NCBI GenBank assembly: GCA_965369865.1
Contig: CBDURU010000097.1
Location: forward strand, 1 to 13,112
Reading direction: 5' to 3'
From: an uncultured bacterium
Lineage (GTDB): Bacteria > JAJVIF01 > JAPKYR01
Length of the DNA: 13,112 nt
The notes under the pieces were generated by a model, which was given only the letters and a program-made list of their open reading frames with translations, did not search any database and was not told the origin of the DNA. The translations under genes were made by a program, and so were the position numbers. Below, in pieces: positions 1 to 7,149 of the stretch; position 1 is the first letter of the stretch; the number at the start of each line of letters is the position of its first letter.

Positions 1-729
1 TTATATTCCCCTGCCAACAAAAAAATCACCTGCTGTACAATCGCAACCGTCCTGGCTGTTGTCGCCGTATATTTGTTTATCAAACCATCCCTTGCATTCG
101 ATCCTGAGCAACATTTATTCTCCTACTTATTTATGGGGATTATTTATGCAGGGATCATTGGAATATTTGCCAATGGGACATATCGCAGATTGACCTGGGT
201 CCAAAGGCGAAGTGAAGTAAAGGATAGTCCACCAGTTGTTACACTCGGTGGTGGAATTGCGATTTTTGTACTCCTGATTTTGATATTATTATCTGTTCCA
301 AATCCTACGACATCCCGAAGACCAGCATGGATGTCACGTGCGAAAGGCACATTAAGATCAACTGGATCAAGCCAACTCGCTTACCAGGGTATGAATAACA
401 ACAAGAACTATGGATCATTTCAGGCATTAAAAGATATCCAGTATATTGCGGATGGATACACCCTGGGAAACATGATAGAAAAATATTCGATGACCTGGTC
501 TGTCAGTAACTCGCTGACTATGTCTGACGAGAGCTCATACCATATTGGCAACAACGCTTTTACGATAGTTGCTTATCCAATTTATACTAATCCCGGATAC
601 CTGATGACTTTCGGAATTACAGAGGACCAGGAAGTGCGGGTGTATAATCCTGAAAATTCAGACCAAGGATTAAACGAATATAACGGTTTGTATGATCCGA
701 GAGTGTGGACCTGGGATCCGATCTTGTGA
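1..729 (+). CDS. Multi-TM membrane protein with C-terminal type IV pilin-like domain (paralog 1; 5'-truncated by window edge)
   Basis: Frame is open from base 1 (LYSPANKKITCCTIATVLAVVAVYLFIKPSLAFDPE), which aligns with FYSPADKKLTCYTIATILSVIVIYIIIKPSLAHDPE of the next gene. The true start is therefore upstream of the window, not the TTG at 73. The C-terminal part (VVTLGG + hydrophobic helix + VPN...SRAKGTLRSTGSSQLAYQ) resembles the alpha-1 helix of type IV pilins/pseudopilins. Confidence 0.8.
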   Translation, partial: LYSPANKKITCCTIATVLAVVAVYLFIKPSLAFDPEQHLFSYLFMGIIYAGIIGIFANGTYRRLTWVQRRSEVKDSPPVVTLGGGIAIFVLLILILLSVPNPTTSRRPAWMSRAKGTLRSTGSSQLAYQGMNNNKNYGSFQALKDIQYIADGYTLGNMIEKYSMTWSVSNSLTMSDESSYHIGNNAFTIVAYPIYTNPGYLMTFGITEDQEVRVYNPENSDQGLNEYNGLYDPRVWTWDPIL

Positions 730-754
730 TTGACCATAGGGGACAGAATCTATG

Positions 755-763
755 TGGTAAACT
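755..763 (+). promoter_or_regulatory. Putative extended -10 element (TGgTAAACT)
   Basis: TGn + TAAACT ending 8 nt before the in-frame GTG at 772; no Shine-Dalgarno in between. Confidence 0.35.
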
Positions 764-771
764 TAAATATT

Positions 772-1719
772 GTGCAGAATGGCAACTCCGAAATAGAAAC
801 CAGATCACCACCAGAAAGCTGGAAGAAATTTATCACAGCGATAATTATCATCGCGATTTTTGAAATCTTATTCTTTTCGATTCCAAAATTATTTTCCCCG
901 AGCACTGGATTTGTTCTGATCACGATCATTTACGCCGTGATATTTGTACCAAACCTGTTTTTGGGACCGCTTGCTTTTCTCTGGTTCGGGACTTTTTACT
1001 CCCCTGCTGATAAAAAATTAACCTGCTACACAATCGCAACAATCCTCTCCGTAATCGTCATTTATATAATTATCAAACCATCCCTTGCACACGATCCTGA
1101 GAACCAGATACTCACCTACTTACGTATCGGGATTTTCTATGCGGGGATCATCTGGATATTAGCCATTGGAACATATCGCAGATTAACGTGGGCACAAAAG
1201 CGAAGTGAGAAGCAGGTTGAACCCGCAGTTGTTACGCTCGGTGAGGGATGCATGATTGTTGTATTCGTGTTATTGATACTCTTTACTCTCTCATTTTTTA
1301 TGCATGCCCGTAGACCTGCTTGGATGTCACGCGCGAAAGGCACATTAAGATCAACGGGATCAAGTCAACTCGCTTATCAGGGCACCAATAATGACAAGAA
1401 CTTCGGGTCATTCCAGGGATTACAAGATAGCCTGTATATTGCAGAAGGATACAACCTGGGAAACATGATCGAGAATTACTCGATGACCTGGACAGTCTAT
1501 AACACACCAAGTATGGATGGCGAGAGTTCTGGTATTCAAGGCATTCACACGTTTACGATTGTCGCTTATCCAAGAGATACTTATCCCGGATACCTTTTGA
1601 CTTTCGGAATTACTGAGGACCAGGTAGTGCGGGTGTATAATCCTGATTCGGTGAAGGAGCTTAACGAATATAACGGTCTGTATGATCCGAGAGTGTGGAC
1701 CTGGGATCCGATCTTGTAA
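772..1719 (+). CDS. Multi-TM membrane protein with C-terminal type IV pilin-like domain (paralog 2)
   Basis: ORF 730..1719; the start is uncertain (TTG 730, GTG 754 or GTG 772). About 4 hydrophobic helices, then a basic loop (YRRLTWAQKRSEK), then VVTLGE + hydrophobic helix + RRPAWMSRAKGTLRSTGSSQLAYQ, a pilin-like alpha-1, followed by a small beta-rich head (FTIVAYP, LTFGITEDQVVRVY). Confidence 0.8.
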   Translation: MQNGNSEIETRSPPESWKKFITAIIIIAIFEILFFSIPKLFSPSTGFVLITIIYAVIFVPNLFLGPLAFLWFGTFYSPADKKLTCYTIATILSVIVIYIIIKPSLAHDPENQILTYLRIGIFYAGIIWILAIGTYRRLTWAQKRSEKQVEPAVVTLGEGCMIVVFVLLILFTLSFFMHARRPAWMSRAKGTLRSTGSSQLAYQGTNNDKNFGSFQGLQDSLYIAEGYNLGNMIENYSMTWTVYNTPSMDGESSGIQGIHTFTIVAYPRDTYPGYLLTFGITEDQVVRVYNPDSVKELNEYNGLYDPRVWTWDPIL

Positions 1720-1739
1720 AAGGATATGATCTGTCTCGT

Positions 1740-1946
1740 ATGAAAAAGAAAAATCAATGGTGGCAGTTGACAGGCCTGGACGCCTTTTTCTTATCTATCA
1801 TCGTAATTATATTTTTTGTCGTTGACCGGGACGATACCATGAGCGGGTTTATCAAGGCTTGTTTTTACTCTTTACCGGTGCTCCTGGTATATTGGATCGT
1901 TGGACGTATCGTGCAGGGGAAAAGCGAAGGGCCGGGCGGAGTTTGA
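1740..1946 (+). CDS. Small two-TM hypothetical membrane protein (68 aa)
   Basis: ATG at 1740 gives MKKKNQWWQLTGLDAFFLSIIVIIFFVV...FYSLPVLLVYWIVGRIVQGK: basic N-terminus and two hydrophobic helices. It fills the gap before the convergent gene. Confidence 0.6.
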   Translation: MKKKNQWWQLTGLDAFFLSIIVIIFFVVDRDDTMSGFIKACFYSLPVLLVYWIVGRIVQGKSEGPGGV

Positions 1947-2003
1947 CAACTTAAGGCTGCCGCTACTGAATTTAGTACTTATTCAACGCAACATTGGATT
2001 CAA

Positions 2004-4298
2004 TTATTCAGGGCCAAGGCAGTACAAAACACCACCTTCATCCATCGTATACAGCCGGCCATCCTGGATACTCACGCCTGCGCGCGATGGATTATCAAGC
2101 GTGTATGTGCCCTCGACCGAACCGTCAACAGGATCAAGCATGTAGATGACGCCGTAGTCGGATAACACATAGACAATTCCGTTCGCGACAGCGGGAGTTG
2201 AGAAAAATGCCTCGAATTCATCGCTGCCGGTATGTTCCCACGCAACGGTCCCATCTGTATTGACCGCCATGACCTTGTACGGGCCTGAGAAACTACCAGG
2301 TAAAAATCCATCATACGTTGTAGGCTGGTAAAGGTGATTTCCGTCGAATGCAGGACCCGCCCGTGCTATCTGATCTCCTAACGGTACCGTGTGCACGATC
2401 GACCCGTCCGATGGGTCAAGCCCGTACAGGTTGCAGTTATAGCTCGCGAACCAGATCAGGCCGTCCGCCATGACCGGCTGTGCGTAAAGGTCCGCCTTCG
2501 ATACGGGTCCGATATTTGGAAAAGTTGTTACCCATATTTCGGTCCCGGTCTCCAGGTCGAGCGCGAACGCGTTACCGAGCACGTCACCCGCGTATACAAC
2601 TCCGTTTTCGATTACAGGTGTGAAAGGATTTCCTGGAACCGCCGATATCGTGTAGTCCCAGATGGAAATTCCCAAAAATGGATCGAATCCGGTGATCGTG
2701 TTGTTGGCTCCCCAGACCACCAGGATGTCATCAGCGAGGACCGGGCTTCCGTGTATGAACTGGGTATCGGTGCCTTCCCAGTCCCAGAGAAAATCACCAT
2801 CCTCGCTGTCGTAGCATATGACGGATGACCCGCCGACGTAAACCTCACAGTTCCCAATAAGCGGTGACGATGAATAGATCGCGTTATCTGGCGTGTATTT
2901 AATATACCTGTGCCATTGGGGAATCCCGGTATCGGAATTCATGCACCAAATTTCTTGTTTGTACGGGATGTTGACGGTTACGTAGACACCGAATCCGCTG
3001 TGAGTTGGAGTACATTCGAAAACCGCCCCGAGACCCGATGTAAATTCGTGTCTCCATACCTCCTCGAGAGTGGCCGTAATTTCTGTCTCGTTCGTATTAT
3101 GGTTGTGATTATCAAGCGTTCTTCCATGTTTACGCCAACCCGAATCATAATCGAGGTCTACAAATTCGACTATGGCGGTTGTAATCTGGTAGGCGTTAAT
3201 ATTCCCGATCAACGGATCGGTATTTGTGTCGACCACCCCGACAAGAACCCGGTATTCACCTTCACCGACCTCAAGTTCGTTGGGGAGATTGCCGGTGAAA
3301 CGGGAGAATTCTTCCAATTCTCCCCCGGATGAATCCGTGATTATTCCTGTAAACAGGTCGGGTGATTCGAACGTCACCATCGCGATGGTTTCATGTCCCT
3401 GCCAGTCGTAGACATCGACCCGGTATGGCGCGAAACCGCATCCCGGCATCAGGCCGGAACCGATACTAGCTTCGATTCTCCATGCTTCCATACAGTTTGC
3501 CTCGACTGGGAAATCGTTAAGGGGGTCGATCGGCGGACTCACGGTGGGAAGATCCCAACTGATGTCTACAGCATATCCGATTCTCAACGGCGATCCCTGC
3601 GGCCACGCTATATGGAATGACTGGATGTCTGATTTATCACCGGCCTCGAACATTCGCCTTATATCGTCCGGGAAGTATGCCCTGTATCCATTGAGCGTTG
3701 CAGGTTGATCCAGAATTGTCGTTATCTTGCCGCGAGAGTAAGTTAGTAATGCGCCCGCCGATCCTTCAGGGAAATCAACCGGGTTCCATAGAGTGGTATA
3801 ACCGTCGGGGTTCAAAAACTGGCAGTCACCGAGTTCGCGGTCGCTCATTATCAACCCGGATGCTGGAAACACGTAGCTCCCGTTGTGCATCATGATCAGC
3901 CGGAGGTCGAAAGCGGTTAAATTTTCATTGCCGGGGAATGGGTGCTCGAGCTGGATATCGACTGTAAATTCATTACCCGGAAGCATCTCGAACCCAACGA
4001 TCGTGAAGCAGGTCGTGCACGGACCTTCCTCCATGAATTTCCTGATATTAAAATGAAAATCGAGAATTCGCCTGGGGACAACTTCTATAGTTTGATTCTC
4101 GAGATCCACGATCGTATCCCACATACCCGCGACATGATGTCCGGTTGTCGAGACATCGGGTGTGAATAGTGCGGACTGGGTGGTTATGCCGGGAGAAGGC
4201 ACGGTGGGATTGTCCGAAATCGGGTCGGACGTCGGTCTCGCGCACGCGGTGATTAATATTAAGAAAACTAGCATCAAGGCAAATTGTATGTGTCGCAT
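2004..4298 (-). CDS. Lipoprotein: shared unassigned N-terminal module + PQQ-binding-like (BamB-like) beta-propeller repeats
   Basis: 764-aa ORF. Signal peptide MRHIQFALMLVFLILITA|C19. SD-like AAGAGGTG (4313-4306) 7 nt upstream. The C-terminal ~380 aa has PQQ-type repeats (TPVIENGVVYAGDVLGNAFALDLETGTEIW; STPAVANGIVYVLSDYGVIYMLDPVDG; DGRLYTMDEGGVLYCL). Confidence 0.88.
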   Translation of the reverse strand: MRHIQFALMLVFLILITACARPTSDPISDNPTVPSPGITTQSALFTPDVSTTGHHVAGMWDTIVDLENQTIEVVPRRILDFHFNIRKFMEEGPCTTCFTIVGFEMLPGNEFTVDIQLEHPFPGNENLTAFDLRLIMMHNGSYVFPASGLIMSDRELGDCQFLNPDGYTTLWNPVDFPEGSAGALLTYSRGKITTILDQPATLNGYRAYFPDDIRRMFEAGDKSDIQSFHIAWPQGSPLRIGYAVDISWDLPTVSPPIDPLNDFPVEANCMEAWRIEASIGSGLMPGCGFAPYRVDVYDWQGHETIAMVTFESPDLFTGIITDSSGGELEEFSRFTGNLPNELEVGEGEYRVLVGVVDTNTDPLIGNINAYQITTAIVEFVDLDYDSGWRKHGRTLDNHNHNTNETEITATLEEVWRHEFTSGLGAVFECTPTHSGFGVYVTVNIPYKQEIWCMNSDTGIPQWHRYIKYTPDNAIYSSSPLIGNCEVYVGGSSVICYDSEDGDFLWDWEGTDTQFIHGSPVLADDILVVWGANNTITGFDPFLGISIWDYTISAVPGNPFTPVIENGVVYAGDVLGNAFALDLETGTEIWVTTFPNIGPVSKADLYAQPVMADGLIWFASYNCNLYGLDPSDGSIVHTVPLGDQIARAGPAFDGNHLYQPTTYDGFLPGSFSGPYKVMAVNTDGTVAWEHTGSDEFEAFFSTPAVANGIVYVLSDYGVIYMLDPVDGSVEGTYTLDNPSRAGVSIQDGRLYTMDEGGVLYCLGPE

Positions 4299-4357
4299 GG
4301 GACGGCACCTCTTATTGTTTCACCATGGAAATCACTTTGAGATCTCTACTTACATGA

Positions 4358-4366
4358 ATTATACCA
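4358..4366 (-). promoter_or_regulatory. Extended -10 promoter (TGGTATAAT) for the PQQ-repeat lipoprotein
   Basis: ATTATACCA on + reads TGGTATAAT on -, about 60 nt upstream of the ATG at 4298. Confidence 0.6.
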
Positions 4367-4466
4367 TTGTTTGAATATGTGTTCCTGCACATTCAGAAAA
4401 CCCTTATCCATCATCTCTCCTGGTTCTTTATTTACTGTTCGAGATTGAACCAGTCCCACTTCCGCT

Positions 4467-4495
4467 TTTAAATTTTGTCACGTCTGGGATATAAT
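4467..4495 (+). promoter_or_regulatory. Putative sigma70-type promoter for the YfhO-family gene
   Basis: TTTAAA (4467-4472), N17, TATAAT (4490-4495); GTG start 8 nt later. Confidence 0.5.
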
Positions 4496-4503
4496 CACAC
4501 CCT

Positions 4504-6990
4504 GTGAGCAACAAGGCGGAAAATGTGCAAATCGAAAATCCCGCACCAGTGAACCGGGTATCCAGTATCCGGAGATACGACTGGATCGCCCTGGTTATTC
4601 TTTTTCTACTTCCCTTTATCGTTTATTTTCCTGTAACCACCGGGCAGGCGACATTCGCGGGATTCGACCATACCGGGATCAACCAACCCCTGAAGCAAAC
4701 CACCTACGAGACAATGCGCGAATTTAATTTCCCACACTGGGAACCGCGTCTCGACAGGGGGCTTCCAATTTTCGCGGAAGGCGAGGCCGGAATTTTCTAT
4801 CCCTTGAATATCCTGTTTTTTATACCGGGAGATTTCCTGACGGTTTACAACACAGTTCTGCTGATCTGTATTGTGCTGGGGGGCGTGCTCTTTTACTGGT
4901 GGCTACGGCGTCTCGGTGCCGGCCCGCTCGCCTCGTTCCTCGCAGGTGTCGCGCACCAGTGGGGAGCCACCGTCAACTTCAACAAGGCGAACATGAATAT
5001 ACTGGAAGGTTATATCCTCGCGCCGCTCCTGATGATGATAATCGAGCCATTAACATGGTCCGAATCGCTAAGGAAAAATTACACCATCAGGGCTGCGATA
5101 ATCGCACTGGTATTCGCGTCGATCCTGTTCGCGGGACAGGCCCAGTATGTCGTTTACACGGTGCTGTTTTCGGCCACCTATATCATCCTCAGGGTGATTT
5201 TCTCCGGCAGAAACGAATGGTCGGCAACATTGAAATCGATGGCGGTACCGTATATCGCAGGTGGAATCCTGGCAGTGGGCCTTTCGGCAATCCAGCTTCT
5301 TCCCACGATGGAACTACTCCAATACAGCGAAAGGGCGCCGAATGTCCTCAACGAGGAATTTTTTACTCACGGATTATGGCTGAATCCATCAAGACTCTTC
5401 GCGGTTTTCCTTTTTCCCGCCTACCATTATTCACTCGATCATTTCCTGCCGTATCTGTCGACCACAATTTATGTCGGTCCGGCGGCAATTATGCTCGCCG
5501 GTTACGCGATTCGATACCGCGCCGGGCTTCCCGGAAATTCGCGCAAGGTAATCTTCCCCCTGTTGGTTTCAGGATTAATTTTCCTGTACCTCGCGATGGG
5601 GGCGAACGCGCCGCTTGGCGAATTTTTTACATCGCAGGGAATTCTCGCGCAATTCCGTGGGCATGGACGTCTTGGCGGATATTTCGCCATGGCGGTACTC
5701 GTGTTGATGGGACTTGGCCTGGACACAATTATCCGGGTCCCATGCAAGCCCGTATGTGATTTGATTGGGAAAATGAAATGCCTTCCCATATTCACTTTCG
5801 AACTTGCTGCCATGGCTTTACTCGCGATTCCATTTGTAATCGAACGGTCGGATTACATTCTTACACGAGTAACACTGGGAATTTTTATCGGGTTTATCTT
5901 TGTCTTTCTGTTGGGTTACCTGATCGGAAATATCCTCCGGACGAGAACGCCGATTGCGATATCACTCTCTATAATACTGATCGTCCAGATATTCGGGTTC
6001 CTTTCGACATCATCGGAAACGCTTATCAAACGCTCGAACTGGGATTTGGCACGTTCCGACCTGGTTTACATCTGCGAAAATACTTCATCTTCAGATGAAG
6101 CGACGATATTCGCGATCCGTACCCAGGCGAGTATACGTATACATGAACGGATAATGCGGGAAGGCCTTAACGTTTTCAGGCCCGGTGCGCATGACCATAT
6201 CGATCATCTCGGAAGCGCTAATGCTGCTTTGATGGAAAATCTGACGATCTGCAATTCCGATCTGCCCCTGGAACTCGCGGCATGGGAATGGCTCGTGCAC
6301 CAGAATCTCTGGCACGAGGTTGATTTTACGTCAGGACCACTCGACGATGAATGGTCGAACCTGTTGTGGATTCTTGGCGTTAACTGGCTGGTAACAGAAA
6401 ATCCGGACCTTGAGGTAATCCCCTTCGAGCGGCTTGAAGACCCGGACTGGCACAACAGGACTGTTCCGTTTTACATCTATCGAAGGGAACCGCCGGTACG
6501 GCCGTACGCCGTGTACTGGCACTGGACATCGACCGATCCGGCCCTGTCGGGTGATGATCTTAACCGGGAATTTTTCGATTACCTTGGTGGGGCAAATGTG
6601 GGATCGGTTGTTTTCTGCAAGGGACTTACTGAAAATGGTGACAGTGAGGAAATTAACTGGGAGGAGCTTCACCGTTCGACAGTCAGCCAGGCGGGATGGA
6701 ATTCCCCGGTTGAATATTCAGCAGTTGTGACTCTCAGCGATGAAGCGATTTTTATGGTAAGGGATCAGTGGTACCCGGGATGGAAGGTCTATGTAAACGG
6801 GACTGAATCGAATCTGTTGAAAGCCGATCTTGTTTTCAAAGCCGTTTTACTCCCCGCCGGACGAAATGAGGTTGTGTTCAGGTATACGCCGTCAAAATTC
6901 ATAACAGGATTGATTATTTCAGCAATCAGTTTATTGATAGTCCTGGGTCTTCTTGTGCCATTGTTAAAATTAAAAAAGCCCCTTGAATAA
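4504..6990 (+). CDS. yfhO: YfhO-family polytopic membrane protein (GT-C-type glycosyltransferase-like)
   Basis: 828 aa with many TM helices. N-terminal loop ...GFDH...FPHWEPRLDRGLPIFAE...FYPLN; GLSAIQLLPTMELLQYSER; C-terminal DQWYPGWKVYVNG...KADLVFKAVLLPAGRNEVVFRYTP plus a final TM helix. All are typical of the YfhO family. The symbol denotes family, not proven orthology. Confidence 0.85.
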   Translation: MSNKAENVQIENPAPVNRVSSIRRYDWIALVILFLLPFIVYFPVTTGQATFAGFDHTGINQPLKQTTYETMREFNFPHWEPRLDRGLPIFAEGEAGIFYPLNILFFIPGDFLTVYNTVLLICIVLGGVLFYWWLRRLGAGPLASFLAGVAHQWGATVNFNKANMNILEGYILAPLLMMIIEPLTWSESLRKNYTIRAAIIALVFASILFAGQAQYVVYTVLFSATYIILRVIFSGRNEWSATLKSMAVPYIAGGILAVGLSAIQLLPTMELLQYSERAPNVLNEEFFTHGLWLNPSRLFAVFLFPAYHYSLDHFLPYLSTTIYVGPAAIMLAGYAIRYRAGLPGNSRKVIFPLLVSGLIFLYLAMGANAPLGEFFTSQGILAQFRGHGRLGGYFAMAVLVLMGLGLDTIIRVPCKPVCDLIGKMKCLPIFTFELAAMALLAIPFVIERSDYILTRVTLGIFIGFIFVFLLGYLIGNILRTRTPIAISLSIILIVQIFGFLSTSSETLIKRSNWDLARSDLVYICENTSSSDEATIFAIRTQASIRIHERIMREGLNVFRPGAHDHIDHLGSANAALMENLTICNSDLPLELAAWEWLVHQNLWHEVDFTSGPLDDEWSNLLWILGVNWLVTENPDLEVIPFERLEDPDWHNRTVPFYIYRREPPVRPYAVYWHWTSTDPALSGDDLNREFFDYLGGANVGSVVFCKGLTENGDSEEINWEELHRSTVSQAGWNSPVEYSAVVTLSDEAIFMVRDQWYPGWKVYVNGTESNLLKADLVFKAVLLPAGRNEVVFRYTPSKFITGLIISAISLLIVLGLLVPLLKLKKPLE

Positions 6991-7065
6991 CTTATACCCG
7001 GAATATTGTTAATATTTTTACGATTGTCACTGGAATTTCTTAACTAAACCGACTTTAATAATAGA

Positions 7066-7094
7066 TTGACAAAGCGGTTTCAATTGAATACGAT
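7066..7094 (+). promoter_or_regulatory. Sigma70-type promoter TTGACA-N17-TACGAT
   Basis: Perfect -35 at 7066-7071, 17-nt spacer, -10 TACGAT at 7089-7094. The ORF-track TTG 'start' at 7066 is this -35 box. Confidence 0.7.
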
Positions 7095-7149
7095 AAATCG
7101 CTTGTGCCGTATCCGGCCAGGAATGTGTCTTACGTATCAAGGAGTTGTC

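Larger units (their letters stand above)
1..1719 (+). repeat. Tandem gene duplication (period about 990 bp)
   Basis: 605-653 vs 1598-1646 differ at 2 of 49 nt; 673-727 vs 1663-1717 differ at 1 of 55 nt. Both proteins end LNEYNGLYDPRVWTWDPIL. Confidence 0.92.

Noticed and set aside
319..1719. Diversity-generating retroelement (TR/VR pair) in the duplicated 3' ends
   Set aside because: Both copies are intact coding paralogs, differences are not restricted to adenines (many C/T and synonymous changes), and no reverse transcriptase is in the window.
1947..2003. Bidirectional intrinsic terminator between convergent genes
   Set aside because: Only a weak AT-rich stem (TACTG-AATT-TAGTA); no GC-rich hairpin with U-tracts.
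2004..3140. Calling the PQQ-repeat protein BamB or a quinoprotein dehydrogenase
   Set aside because: The propeller is fused to a large unrelated N-terminal module, no dehydrogenase catalytic motifs are evident, and there is no bam-type gene context.
4899..5759. 286-aa alternative-frame ORF and other short overlapping or antisense ORFs in the track (e.g. 9610-10236, 8913-9344, 2391-2828)
   Set aside because: They are fully nested in long, motif-supported genes, show Arg/Ser-rich shadow-frame composition, and have no recognisable motifs or start signals.
7066..7149. N-terminal extensions given by the ORF track for the foldase (also 9517-9564 and 12257-12292)
   Set aside because: Each has a downstream ATG with a good SD, and the 7066 extension overlaps a canonical promoter.
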